59,906 bases of DNA from Promethearchaeota archaeon (GCA_048939015.1 JBHLPW010000011.1:26930-86835); one strand, 5' to 3'. Shown: positions 1 through 10,352, numbered from the stretch's first letter. Numbers and translations are program-made. Notes: generated by a model not told the origin, from the letters alone.

Positions 1-147
1 TCAAATCTTTCGGTTGCCATTCTTGAAAAAAATAAAGAAGGTCTTCAGAAAGTTAAAATTTCAGGAGGAGGTCGTTTACGATATGCATTACATTTAATAA
101 CTGCTGGTGTTGTAACCCTGATTGTTTCGATACTACTCGGTATCTAA
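1..147 (+). CDS. 3' end of a membrane protein (partial, possibly VIT1/CCC1-like)
   Basis: Frame 1 is open from base 1 to TAA at 145-147 (SNLSVAILEKNKEGLQKVKISGGGRLRYALHLITAGVVTLIVSILLGI); ends in a hydrophobic helix like the next gene. Confidence 0.6.
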   Translation, partial: SNLSVAILEKNKEGLQKVKISGGGRLRYALHLITAGVVTLIVSILLGI

Positions 148-241
148 AGCTTTAAGGTGAAATTTAAAATCTCACAAATTATTAAGTCAATAGAATTAAT
201 TAGGACTTCAATTTCAAAAAGATTTTGAATTATATAACAAA

Positions 242-955
242 ATGTTAGAAAAAATTAAGATATACGCAAAAATTTCAAATTTATGGGCAATTGCTCGTCG
301 TTATTTTGTAAATAATTTCTATGATGGTATGTTAACAGTCTTAGGTATTTTATTAGGATTTTTTGCTATAATTCTTAATGATGGCCAAGTTACGATAGAT
401 AGTCATCTTGTTATTCTTACAGGTTTAGGAAGTTGCATATCTATGCTTATTTCAGGTTTAACTGGATCATATCTTTCTGAAAAGGCTGAACAAAAAAAAA
501 TTAAAGAAGAACTGAAAAGAGCTATGGTAATTGTCTCTAGTGAAGAGGAAGAAAATATTAAAGAGGATTCAGTTGAATTACAAGAGATTGAAAAAGCAAT
601 GTTTATTAAAATAAATAAGAATATCAATCCAAAACTAAAAGTTAGATTAAGAAAGAGGAAGAAAAGGAATAAGACACTTCAAGAAAAGGCTGAGAATTTT
701 GCAAGTATAGTTGTTTCTTGTGTAAATGGTGGCTCCCCATTTTTAGGAGGTTTAATCCCTTTAATTCCCTTCTTTATTGTTTCTAATGCGAACTTTTACA
801 TCTTCATTTTATCCTTTTTTATCATTCTAATATGTATAATTTTATTAGGAATCTTTTTGGGAGTAGTTTCAAGAGAATCTATAATTAAAAATATAGTCCA
901 GATGGCATTTGCTTTCTTTATAACTTTAATAATCTCAATATTTTTATTACATTAA
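242..955 (+). CDS. VIT1/CCC1 family transporter with a charged cytoplasmic insertion
   Basis: ARRYFVNNFYDG, SMLISGLTGSYLSEKAE and SPFLGGLIPLIPF motifs of archaeal VIT1/CCC1 proteins; about 5 TM helices. Confidence 0.8.
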   Translation: MLEKIKIYAKISNLWAIARRYFVNNFYDGMLTVLGILLGFFAIILNDGQVTIDSHLVILTGLGSCISMLISGLTGSYLSEKAEQKKIKEELKRAMVIVSSEEEENIKEDSVELQEIEKAMFIKINKNINPKLKVRLRKRKKRNKTLQEKAENFASIVVSCVNGGSPFLGGLIPLIPFFIVSNANFYIFILSFFIILICIILLGIFLGVVSRESIIKNIVQMAFAFFITLIISIFLLH

Positions 956-1032
956 TTCACATTCATAAATTTTAATTTTTGATTTTCATTTTACACTTTA
1001 GCAAGATTATACACTAGTGGATGATGTGAAAT

Positions 1033-1824
1033 TTGAAGACTTGTGGAGTGGACATAGGCAGTCTTGAAACAAAAGTTGTTTTACTGGATGATAAAAAGAT
1101 CATAGATTATCGTGTAGGACGATCTACATTTGATTTTAAACGAGTTGGGAGTAATTTATTCAATGATCTTCTGGAGCAACATAACCTTAAAAAGGGTGAT
1201 GTTTATGTTATGAGTACTGGTTATGGTAGAAATACCGTATCTTTTGCCGATGATCGAATAACTGAAATCACAGCACATGCTAGAGGAGTTCAATACTTTT
1301 ACCCTGAAGCTAATTCAGTCATTGATATAGGAGGTCAGGATAGCAAGGCAATTGTTATTTCTAAGAAAACTGGAAATGTCATCGATTTCCAGATGAATGA
1401 TAAATGCGCTGCAGGAACAGGTAGATTCATTGAAGTGATGGCAGGAGCTCTTGAAGTCCCTATCCAAGAAATTGGAGAATTGGCTCTTAAATCCAATAAT
1501 CCTGCATCAATCAGTTCAACATGTACAGTCTTTGCTGAATCTGAAGTTATATCTCTTTTTGCAAAGGGGACAAAAAAAGAAGATATCGCAGCAGGAATTC
1601 ATAAATCTATCGCGAAAAGGGTTGCAGGTATGGCTAAACGAATAGGTGTTGCACCCTTGTTAGTTTTTTGTGGTGGTGTTGCAAAAAATATTGGAGTTAA
1701 GAAATTTTTAGAGGAAGAATTGGGATTTGAAATAAATATTCCAGGATTTAATGGGAAAAACAGCGCTCAACTTACAGGAGCAATTGGAGCTGCCTTAATT
1801 GCACAAGACCATAAAAATAGTTAA
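1033..1824 (+). CDS. 2-hydroxyacyl-CoA dehydratase activase (HgdC/HadI/BcrAD ASKHA ATPase)
   Basis: GVDIGS, STGYGR, TEITAHARG, IDIGGQDSK, MNDKCAAGTGRF, SSTCTVFAESEVI, GGVAKN; TTG start. Confidence 0.95.
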   Translation: MKTCGVDIGSLETKVVLLDDKKIIDYRVGRSTFDFKRVGSNLFNDLLEQHNLKKGDVYVMSTGYGRNTVSFADDRITEITAHARGVQYFYPEANSVIDIGGQDSKAIVISKKTGNVIDFQMNDKCAAGTGRFIEVMAGALEVPIQEIGELALKSNNPASISSTCTVFAESEVISLFAKGTKKEDIAAGIHKSIAKRVAGMAKRIGVAPLLVFCGGVAKNIGVKKFLEEELGFEINIPGFNGKNSAQLTGAIGAALIAQDHKNS

Positions 1825-1930
1825 GTTTTTTTATAAAATTTTTTGAAATTCTTCTTTTAGTTAATTATAATAAATTTTATGTATAATTAACTCTTTTTTG
1901 ATTAATAATTCAAAGTAATTAAATAGTAAA

Positions 1931-3067
1931 ATGGATTATTTAGAGCTACTATCTGAATACGGATCATTTTTAAGAAAAGAGAAAGAAGACGGTAAAAAAA
2001 TAGTTGCATTCATTTCTCACGACAATATTCCTGAAGAATTAATAGATGCTGCGGGGCTTGTACCATTAAGAATGATGTTTGCGGGTAATGATGACTTAAT
2101 GGATGCAAGTCATGATTATTTACCTCCTTCTACATGTGCATTTGCTCAATCTTGTATTGGTTTATTTTCATTAAAACCTAATAATTATAGATTTTTAGAT
2201 TTAATTGATTTCTTTATTGTCTCAAATCATTGCGTTTCTGATATTTGTGCTTCTGAAATAATTTCTAAATATTTTAATATTCCTCGCTTAAACTTTTATA
2301 TTTCATACACTAAAAATGAGAATAGTCTGAAATACTTCAAATTGGAATTAATAGAACTAAAAAAGCAATTAGAAAAGATTAATGGTTATAAAATAGACGA
2401 GGAAGTTTTTAAAAATAGCATTAAAAAGTATAATTCTTTTAAAAAGAGACTGCTAGAGTTTAGTCTTTTAAATATTAAAGGATCTGAAAAACTTAGAGTT
2501 CTGCAAAGTGCTATGCTGTATGGTCCTTCCTTTCTTCCTAAATTAGAATTGTATTTTCAAACATACAAGGATTCTCAAATTCAAAATTTGAAAGATTTAA
2601 AAGACATATTATTAACAGGCGGTTCTATCTTTATAGATGATCATTTAATCAATTTAATTGAAGAGGGAGGAGGAAATATTATTTATTTAGACACTTGGAT
2701 TGGAAATAATTATTATTCTCAAATTTTTGAAGATAAAGCGCTAGACTCAATGATTGATCCATATGATTTATTGGTTCAGCGATTCGAAAATAATCTTTAT
2801 GGAGATCATTCTGTACCAAACTTTTTAGAAAACAAAATTTCTCAAATTGAAAAAATATATCTTGATCATAAAAAAAGCACAGGTAGAAAATTAGGGATAA
2901 TAAATCATATTATAAAATTCTGTGATCACATTTCTATTATGTCAACACATTTCAAAAATAAACTACAAGAAAAAGGAATTCAAGTTTTAAACTTGGAGAG
3001 AGATTATTCAAGAGCTATTCGAGGACAACTCAATACCAGGATAGAAGCATTTTTGGAGATGATTTAA
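1931..3067 (+). CDS. 2-hydroxyacyl-CoA dehydratase family subunit (HgdB/BcrC-like)
   Basis: IPEELIDAAG, three Cys ligands (STCAF, SNHC, KFCDH), C-terminal LERDY...GQLNTRIEAFLEM. Confidence 0.88.
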   Translation: MDYLELLSEYGSFLRKEKEDGKKIVAFISHDNIPEELIDAAGLVPLRMMFAGNDDLMDASHDYLPPSTCAFAQSCIGLFSLKPNNYRFLDLIDFFIVSNHCVSDICASEIISKYFNIPRLNFYISYTKNENSLKYFKLELIELKKQLEKINGYKIDEEVFKNSIKKYNSFKKRLLEFSLLNIKGSEKLRVLQSAMLYGPSFLPKLELYFQTYKDSQIQNLKDLKDILLTGGSIFIDDHLINLIEEGGGNIIYLDTWIGNNYYSQIFEDKALDSMIDPYDLLVQRFENNLYGDHSVPNFLENKISQIEKIYLDHKKSTGRKLGIINHIIKFCDHISIMSTHFKNKLQEKGIQVLNLERDYSRAIRGQLNTRIEAFLEMI

Positions 3068-3070
3068 AAA

Positions 3071-4429
3071 TTGAGTCTTATAGCTGATGAAATTGTTCGA
3101 TTTAGTTCTGTTCTTAGAATTTCATATAATCTTTTGACAGGGCGAGATTATTTAAAGAGAAAGAAATTTCGAGAGAAAAAGAAATTAATTTCAGTAGCAT
3201 TACCTTTTTCTGACTTAGTTTATGGATTTCCTGATTTAGTTCCTGTATTTCCAATTAGAATGCATAAATTTGAAATGCATAGATATTTAACGTATTTAGG
3301 TTCCGCCTCAAACATTTTTGGCTGGAAGAACGTGTCTAATTTCTTAGGGTTCGTAAAAAACCTAGGAGTTGGAGATTTTAATAAAATTATCGATGAAATT
3401 ATTGAAAATGTAATAGATACTGTAAATAAAAAATATAATGAGATGTATGACCTTGGAATAGAAAATGGAGTTCCAACTGATTTTTGCTATGGAATAAAAT
3501 CTCTTTATGGAATGCATGTAAGTAAAGGAAAGAATGTGGAAGCCACTTTAAATTATACTATTCGATGTAGTGCGTGGAATAAGTATTTGGAATCATTGAA
3601 AACGATTCGTAATCCCGCACAACAGATTTGGATTGATGTTCCTCCAAGGAATATCGGTAATTCAGTAGAATTACTAACGGAAAATCTTTATGATGCTGTT
3701 AGAGAATTAGAAAAAATAAGTGGAAATAGTTTTGATAGAAATTTTTTACGAAACCATTTTCAAGTTGCTAATGAGATAAGAAATTATTATAAAACGATTC
3801 TTTATGATATAAGTACATCTGAATTTTATCCTTGTAATCCTGCAACATTTAGTGAAATTTTGGTGATATTAAACAATAGTTTTCAAGACTATAATTCCAA
3901 TGCGATTCGATATCGGGATAACATGGCATCATTAGTAAACGAAATGAAAGAGCGAATCAGAAATAAAATTGGTATGGAAGTAGGCCACATGCCTCGAATT
4001 TTAATTACTCCTATGTTTGGTGGTTGGGAACCAAAAAGTCATGAAATAATATATGAGCTTGGAGGTCGAGCTTTGTATGCCGATTGGGATATGTTATTAC
4101 TTTTAGAGGACATACCTATTAAGAAAACATCTGATCCCGTTGAAGCTTATGCTCATTATTTAATGAATGCAACAGTTAATGGGATTGGATGTGATAATGA
4201 TGCTCTGTCAGATTCTTATATGAGAATGGCAAAAAATCTAAATGCTGATGGTCTTGTATTTATTCAGCTTTTTGGTTGCCATTCAATATCTAATTGTTTC
4301 ACCATGTTAAAAGAAAAAGTTCGCCGTGAACTCGAAATTCCAAGTATAGCCATAAATTTCAATAAAATTGGTGAGAATGTAGAACAAGTTAAAACGCGTT
4401 TAGGAGCGTTTATGGAAATGTTTAATTAG
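3071..4429 (+). CDS. 2-hydroxyacyl-CoA dehydratase family subunit (HgdA/BcrB-like, divergent)
   Basis: DFCYG, TIRC, IDVP, ADGLV..FGCH, EQVKTRLGAFMEM; 3 bp after the partner subunit. Confidence 0.82.
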   Translation: MSLIADEIVRFSSVLRISYNLLTGRDYLKRKKFREKKKLISVALPFSDLVYGFPDLVPVFPIRMHKFEMHRYLTYLGSASNIFGWKNVSNFLGFVKNLGVGDFNKIIDEIIENVIDTVNKKYNEMYDLGIENGVPTDFCYGIKSLYGMHVSKGKNVEATLNYTIRCSAWNKYLESLKTIRNPAQQIWIDVPPRNIGNSVELLTENLYDAVRELEKISGNSFDRNFLRNHFQVANEIRNYYKTILYDISTSEFYPCNPATFSEILVILNNSFQDYNSNAIRYRDNMASLVNEMKERIRNKIGMEVGHMPRILITPMFGGWEPKSHEIIYELGGRALYADWDMLLLLEDIPIKKTSDPVEAYAHYLMNATVNGIGCDNDALSDSYMRMAKNLNADGLVFIQLFGCHSISNCFTMLKEKVRRELEIPSIAINFNKIGENVEQVKTRLGAFMEMFN

Positions 4430-4503
4430 CCTTATAAAGGAATATTTAATAATTTTTAATAATAATTTTTTTTGATTAATCATATGAAGAGGGATTAGAT
4501 TTC

Positions 4504-5967
4504 ATGTTATTTCATGAAAAAAAAAAAGAACTTGATTCAGATATTTATAAAGATTATCAGGTACTCTGCGGTATAGAAGAAGAATTCCTTATTATTAATA
4601 AGAGTGGAAAGTTAGCGAAAGTTGCTGACGATATAATGGTAAAATCAGCTGAAATACTTGAAAGAGATCAACAATTTCTAAATTCTCTACAAGTCAAAAT
4701 AAGAGGATTAGATGCTGAACCTTCTCCCTCACAAATAGAATATGTTACATTACCTTTACCTCCTGCATCTTTGGAAAAAGCTGTAAAAGAAGGAAGAAAA
4801 TTGCTAACTGAAGCAGCAAAACAATTAGGCGTTAAAATACTTTCTCAGAGTCTTCATCCAGTGCAAAGTGATCCAAATCCGATTTCTGGAACTCATATCA
4901 ATGTTTCTGTTCAAAAAAAAGGCAGTCTAATGACACCTGAAGAAATGAGAATAGTTTATAATTATTTATGGGATTATCTCCCCGAAATTATCGCAATTTC
5001 AGCAAATTCACACGTATATAGAGGAAATGCAAACAATATTGCGAGTAATCGTTGTGCTAACAGTTCAGTTCTAAAATCTAATGGATTTGCTATTATACAA
5101 ATACCCGAAAATCGTCCAGCATTGATTCCAATGAGGTATTATGGACGTATGAGATACAAACTTAAAATAGGATTTGAAGAGGATGAGTTCTCTAAAAAAG
5201 TAATTACTAATAATCGAGGAGATCGTTTGGTTGATATTACTCCAAGAGGTCCCTTTACAAATATTAGTGATGATAATGATGAATTGCCTTCTCGAAATCG
5301 GATTGAAGTTCGGACGGTAGATGTTCAATATAACACAGAAGATTTATTGGATATTGCCTATTTATGTTGTGTTTCTGCTCTTCATGCGATTAATCTCCAA
5401 CCAACTGGAGAAATTATACAAGATCCATATCATGCAGTAAATGTTGAAAATGCTATAGCAAATGGCAATGAAGCTACTTTTCAGAGAAAAAATGGAATAA
5501 AAGAATCATTAAAAAACAGTTTATCAAGATGGATTGAAGAAACTGCTAAATTTCAAGAATATTTAGGAATTTCTATTAAGAATTTACCTGATAAGAAATT
5601 TCAAATGGAAATGTCTCAAAAGGAACTTGATATTGAATATGAAACGAGGAAAATTGAAAAGCTGAGACAACAAGGGAAGAATTATGTAATTATTGAATTA
5701 GTTGATTCGAGAATTGTTAGGGATCAGAGAGGACAGCGATATAAGATTAATCCCGGAACACAAGTTCGAGGTACATTGGAAGCGAAATATAATTTTTCTT
5801 ATGATGAAGTAGATGGGATGGCGATTAATTTTAATAAGATCAAAGTCGTAAATAATCTTGTTGTTCAGAATCTTAGAATACCCCTGAGAGAAAACGATCG
5901 TATATTAAAAATGCAATCCGAATCTGAATCCTTGATTGATAGATTATTCGGAGATTTTTTTTATTAA
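4504..5967 (+). CDS. Carboxylate-amine ligase, glutamate-cysteine ligase family 2 (GCS2) fold, with C-terminal extension
   Basis: GIEEEF, EPSPSQIEY, SGTHINV, AISANS, SNR, RIEVRTVD motifs. Confidence 0.82.
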   Translation: MLFHEKKKELDSDIYKDYQVLCGIEEEFLIINKSGKLAKVADDIMVKSAEILERDQQFLNSLQVKIRGLDAEPSPSQIEYVTLPLPPASLEKAVKEGRKLLTEAAKQLGVKILSQSLHPVQSDPNPISGTHINVSVQKKGSLMTPEEMRIVYNYLWDYLPEIIAISANSHVYRGNANNIASNRCANSSVLKSNGFAIIQIPENRPALIPMRYYGRMRYKLKIGFEEDEFSKKVITNNRGDRLVDITPRGPFTNISDDNDELPSRNRIEVRTVDVQYNTEDLLDIAYLCCVSALHAINLQPTGEIIQDPYHAVNVENAIANGNEATFQRKNGIKESLKNSLSRWIEETAKFQEYLGISIKNLPDKKFQMEMSQKELDIEYETRKIEKLRQQGKNYVIIELVDSRIVRDQRGQRYKINPGTQVRGTLEAKYNFSYDEVDGMAINFNKIKVVNNLVVQNLRIPLRENDRILKMQSESESLIDRLFGDFFY

Positions 5968-5989
5968 TTGAATAGTAAAGAACATTATT

Positions 5990-6358
5990 ATGATGGAATC
6001 AAAAGAACTTAAACAACCAAACTTAGACAAAGTTTTTGTCTATGGAACATTACAATCCGGTCATAGCCGAAATTATATTCTTAGTGGATTAAAATTCGAA
6101 AAAGCTACTCTAATGAGCTTTAGAAAAGTAGAACCTCCTGATTTGGGATTTCCCTTTATTGTGCGTGATATTAATTCGGAAGTACCGGGAGAAATATATT
6201 ATAAGGTGTCAAACTCCCTTATTAGTCAACTTGATTTAATTGAAGGAGAAGGAAAGTTGTATCATAGAGTTATAGTGAAAGTGCTATTAGATAGCGGTAA
6301 GGAATTAAAAGCTTTTACTTATTACCCCTCTGAAATTTTAATTAAAAATTACTTATAA
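5990..6358 (+). CDS. Gamma-glutamylcyclotransferase (AIG2/BtrG-like)
   Basis: VFVYGTL, VPGEIY, LDLIEG, YHRVIV motifs. Confidence 0.92.
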   Translation: MMESKELKQPNLDKVFVYGTLQSGHSRNYILSGLKFEKATLMSFRKVEPPDLGFPFIVRDINSEVPGEIYYKVSNSLISQLDLIEGEGKLYHRVIVKVLLDSGKELKAFTYYPSEILIKNYL

Positions 6359-6360
6359 TA

Positions 6361-7113
6361 TTGCAGATGATCTTAATGGAAGAAGAGAAAGGTGATGTAA
6401 ATGAAGAAAAAAAGAAAATGCTTCTTATAGATAATTATTCTCGTGGTTTTCCATCTGATAGAATTTCACGTTTTGAGACGATCATTAATGATTGTCTAGC
6501 AGATATTGAACTAAGTACAATCCACTATACTCACTTTAAACCAGAAATGGCAAAGGATTACATAGGAATAATTTTATCTGGATCTGAACTAAATGTCTCT
6601 AGTTTTTATTATGATGAGAAATTAAAGAAAAGATTTATGCATGAGTTAGAATTAATCCAGCACACTGATCAAATTCCAATCCTTGCGCTGTGTTTTGGAT
6701 TTCATTTAGTTGCTTACGCTTTTGGAGCACAAGTATCAAGGATGAGGCTACTTGGCTTAGGAGGGAGAATAAATTTTATAATACTTAATAAAACAGATGA
6801 ATTAATTACTCAGAAAAACATTCCTGTAAATTTGCATCATTTAGATTTTGTTTCTCCAAACGATTGTAAAATACAAAATTCTTTTGATATTATTAGTATT
6901 TCTCGAACATTGGGTTATAGGATGGTTCAATATATAAAACATCTAGATAAACCCATTTTTGCCCTTCAATTTCATCCAGAGACGCATAATCCTTATTATT
7001 TTCATCCATCATTATTTGATGAAAGGATCGCAGAAAAAACAAGAATTACTGGAGAAAAAATTATTGAAAACTTCATCTGGATGTGCTTTTATAAGAGTAA
7101 TAATCCAGAATAA
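6361..7113 (+). CDS. Class I glutamine amidotransferase-like protein (possible gamma-glutamyl amide hydrolase)
   Basis: LLIDNY, GIILSGS, PILALCFGFH nucleophile elbow, LQFHPE His-Glu dyad; start may be the ATG at 6367 or 6376. Confidence 0.88.
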   Translation: MQMILMEEEKGDVNEEKKKMLLIDNYSRGFPSDRISRFETIINDCLADIELSTIHYTHFKPEMAKDYIGIILSGSELNVSSFYYDEKLKKRFMHELELIQHTDQIPILALCFGFHLVAYAFGAQVSRMRLLGLGGRINFIILNKTDELITQKNIPVNLHHLDFVSPNDCKIQNSFDIISISRTLGYRMVQYIKHLDKPIFALQFHPETHNPYYFHPSLFDERIAEKTRITGEKIIENFIWMCFYKSNNPE

Positions 7114-7341
7114 GGTCTTATCACAAATTTAATTTATTTATAATGAAATATGACTCTTCCTATTAATGAAAATTAATCCATTATTTTAAAAATATAATTT
7201 TCTGATTATAATTCAACATTAAAATCTGAATTTGAAAACGTATGAATAATTATTTTATTAAACATAACAGGTATTTGATTTACGTGATCTTAATAGATAG
7301 CATTAGAGGAATTAATTAACAATTTAAAAGATGAATTTAAT

Positions 7342-7962
7342 TTGGCAAAAATATTAGATCTTAATTTAAAAGCACATGAAAATATTATTATCGCTAAAAA
7401 AGAAAAATTAGTTGCGGAAGAATTAAAAAAATTAGCTAAAAATCTCTTAAAAAAAGTAAAGACGAGAGAAAATTTTGTTAAAAAAGAAATTATATTAGCA
7501 CAAGTAAGAAAGAAGTTAGTCGAAAATAATGCAAAATTATTGGAAAATAAAATTAAATCGAAATTATTATTAAAATTTCCAGATGAAGTAATAGAAAATG
7601 AGAAAGATTTTATAACTTATCATGAAAAAGTCGCTGAAAATCAATTGGAGTTAGCAAACCAACATAAAGAAATTGCTTCTCTTGAAGAAAAGTTAGCTAG
7701 AAGCAAGATAATGTTAGCAAAGTCTAAAATACATACTGCAAACATTCGAATAAGACTAGGAAAATTACAATTAAAATATATAAGAGCATTTCAGAAAAAA
7801 TCACCTGAAAAAGAATTGTTAATGAAAACATTATACAAACAAGAACAAAAAACTCTAAATCATCATTTGAAAGAATTAAGGGATAAGGAAGAAGAGGTGA
7901 GATCAATTCAAAGAGAGTTAGCAGATTTAAAATCTAGATTGTCACAGATATTAACAAAATGA
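7342..7962 (+). CDS. Lys/Glu-rich coiled-coil hypothetical protein
   Basis: 206 aa ORF, heptad-like composition throughout, TTG start. Confidence 0.65.
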   Translation: MAKILDLNLKAHENIIIAKKEKLVAEELKKLAKNLLKKVKTRENFVKKEIILAQVRKKLVENNAKLLENKIKSKLLLKFPDEVIENEKDFITYHEKVAENQLELANQHKEIASLEEKLARSKIMLAKSKIHTANIRIRLGKLQLKYIRAFQKKSPEKELLMKTLYKQEQKTLNHHLKELRDKEEEVRSIQRELADLKSRLSQILTK

Positions 7963-8193
7963 ATAGTTTAATACTAAATTATCAGATCTAATATTAAACT
8001 AACACAAAATGTTATTACAATTATATATTATAAATAATTATTTACAAACTCGTAGTAATTTAATTCTTAATAATCAAAAAATACTTCATTTATTTCCAGT
8101 CCTAAATAACTTTTCCCAGTGCTTAAGTAATATCAAATTATTATTTATAATTCTTAGCCATTACCTATTTATTTACAATTATTATCATATAGA

Positions 8194-9108
8194 ATGATAA
8201 AATTGTCTGTATACAACAAATCAAATTTAATTGGTGGAAGTATATTAAGAGGTATAGGTTATTTCCTCTTCATTTTGGGAATTATAATCTTAATAGGGAA
8301 TATAATTGCAGAGTTTTATTTTGAATTTCCATTTAATTTACCGTTATATATTGGAATTAGCATTCTAACATTTATAGGATTCATTTTTATGGGTTTATAT
8401 ATTATTCCGGAATGGATCAAAGTGCCTACATTACTTTTAGGTAAGTTCAAAAAAATGCGAGGTCCAGGTGTTTTGTGGCTTTTTCCATTTGTTTATCGAA
8501 TTCCATTTTCTCTCGATATACGAATTATTACAACTACATTTTCTGCAGAACAAACTTTAACAAAAGATAATGTACCTGTTAATGTTGATGCGGTATTGTT
8601 TTGGAAAGTTGTAGATTCTTATAAAGCATCGCTACGTGTCCAAGATTATATATCTGCAATTTCATGGGCGGCTCAAACTTCATTAAGAGATGTAATTGGA
8701 AAAACAGAATTGAGCCAGATGCTTGCGGGAAGAGAAGAAATATCGCATGATCTTGAAAGAATAATTGATGAACGTACTGAAGAATGGGGTGTTAAATCTA
8801 TTTCAGTCGAAATTCGGGATGTTATAATTCCAACAGCATTACAAGATGCAATGAGTCGACAAGCACAAGCAGAAAGAGAACGACAAGCAAGGGTTATCCT
8901 CGCAGGTTCTGAGGAACAAATTGCTAATAAATTTATTAATGCTGCCCATATCTATGAAAGCGATGAAGTTGCATTAAATCTAAGAGCAATGAACATTCTT
9001 TACGAATCTATGAAAGAAAAAGGAGGATGGATTATTGTTCCTTCAGATATGGTAAATATATTAGGAGGAAGATTCAAACATCTTAGCGATTTCAAAAAAG
9101 ATAAATAA
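8194..9108 (+). CDS. SPFH/band 7 stomatin-like (slipin) protein
   Basis: GPGVLWLFP, LTKDNVPVNVDAV, AQTSLRDVIG, QDAMSRQAQAERERQA. Confidence 0.95.
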   Translation: MIKLSVYNKSNLIGGSILRGIGYFLFILGIIILIGNIIAEFYFEFPFNLPLYIGISILTFIGFIFMGLYIIPEWIKVPTLLLGKFKKMRGPGVLWLFPFVYRIPFSLDIRIITTTFSAEQTLTKDNVPVNVDAVLFWKVVDSYKASLRVQDYISAISWAAQTSLRDVIGKTELSQMLAGREEISHDLERIIDERTEEWGVKSISVEIRDVIIPTALQDAMSRQAQAERERQARVILAGSEEQIANKFINAAHIYESDEVALNLRAMNILYESMKEKGGWIIVPSDMVNILGGRFKHLSDFKKDK

Positions 9109-9305
9109 TTTTCATTAAGAGCATAATGATAAAATAAATTTTGGACTTATAGCTTTATCAAAAAACTGATAAAAAGTTAATTAAAACTAGTAATTAATAG
9201 GGTTTCTCGTGATGTTTTATAGATGTGCGAAAATTAATCTCTTTACTATTTATTTGTGCTAATATATGAACAGTGAAATCAAAATTTAAGAAGGATATTT
9301 AAATA

Positions 9306-10352
9306 ATGAAAAAACATAATATAGGGGAACCTCCTGGGACCTTACGATTTAGTGATAAAAAGATTGACTTAAAAACTAAGATTAAAGTAATAGATTATAA
9401 TAGGGAAAACTATAACCTGAACGAATTAGAAATAATTGATCAGAACTTATCAGATTTTGATAAATCGAAAAATAGATGGATCAATATTATGGGATCTTCT
9501 CATTTTAAAACGATTGAAAATATCGGAAATCAATTCAATCTTCATACATTACTATTAGAAGATATTATTAATCCTAATCAAAGGCCTAAATTAGAGAATT
9601 ATGGCGATTATCTTTTTGTAGTATTAAAAAATGTGATATTTAGTGAAGAGAAGGAAAGTTTTGAATCTAAACAAATTAGTTTAATCTTGGGAAGTAGTTA
9701 TGTAATATCAGTGCAAGAAACTGAAAATGATATTTTTGTACCGATTATAGACAGGATAAAGTTTTCAAAAGGGCATGTTCGAAATATGGGGCCTGATTAT
9801 TTATTATATGCATTAATCGACTTTGTAATTGACAACTATTTTAATATATTAGAAAAGTTAAATGAATTTATCGAAAATATAGAAGATAAAATTGTCCAAA
9901 ATCCAGAACCAGAAACATTGAAATCTGTTTATTCATTAAAAAGAGGAATGATAAATATAAGTAATTCTATTTGGCCAACTAAGGAGCTTATTACTAAACT
10001 CCAAATAGAAAAATCTAAATTAATAACCGACAATTTGGAAGTATATCTAAGAGATGTAAATGATCATATTTTTATAATAAGTGATTTGCTTCAGACTCAA
10101 CGTGATATCCTTTTTGGAATGCTTGATATGTATCTCTCAAGTGTGAACAATAAAATGAATGATATAATGAAAATTCTTACCATAATTTCAACAATCTTTA
10201 TACCCCTCTCATTTTTAGTGGGTTTATATGGTATGAATTTCAAATTTATGCCTGAACTTTCATATCCTTTAGCTTATCCCATGTTAGTTATAGTAATGTT
10301 TATTATCGGGATTTTAATGGTTATATATTTCAAAAGAAAAAAGTGGCTATAA
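9306..10352 (+). CDS. corA: Magnesium/cobalt transporter CorA
   Basis: GEPPGTL, LLLEDI..NQRPK, YLRDVNDH, GLYGMNF..MPEL signature. Confidence 0.96.
   Translation: MKKHNIGEPPGTLRFSDKKIDLKTKIKVIDYNRENYNLNELEIIDQNLSDFDKSKNRWINIMGSSHFKTIENIGNQFNLHTLLLEDIINPNQRPKLENYGDYLFVVLKNVIFSEEKESFESKQISLILGSSYVISVQETENDIFVPIIDRIKFSKGHVRNMGPDYLLYALIDFVIDNYFNILEKLNEFIENIEDKIVQNPEPETLKSVYSLKRGMINISNSIWPTKELITKLQIEKSKLITDNLEVYLRDVNDHIFIISDLLQTQRDILFGMLDMYLSSVNNKMNDIMKILTIISTIFIPLSFLVGLYGMNFKFMPELSYPLAYPMLVIVMFIIGILMVIYFKRKKWL

Noticed and set aside
5944-5967. Similar C-termini of the ligase (FGDFFY) and the 29463 protein (SDFFGM)
   Set aside because: Three-residue match is probably coincidental
6361-7113. Calling this gene guaA
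   Set aside because: No adjacent ATP-pyrophosphatase subunit, divergent motifs, and context favours a gamma-glutamyl role; symbol withheld
8009-8197. 62 aa ORF before stomatin (likewise 50651-50836)
   Set aside because: I/L/N/Y-rich translations typical of AT-rich intergenic DNA
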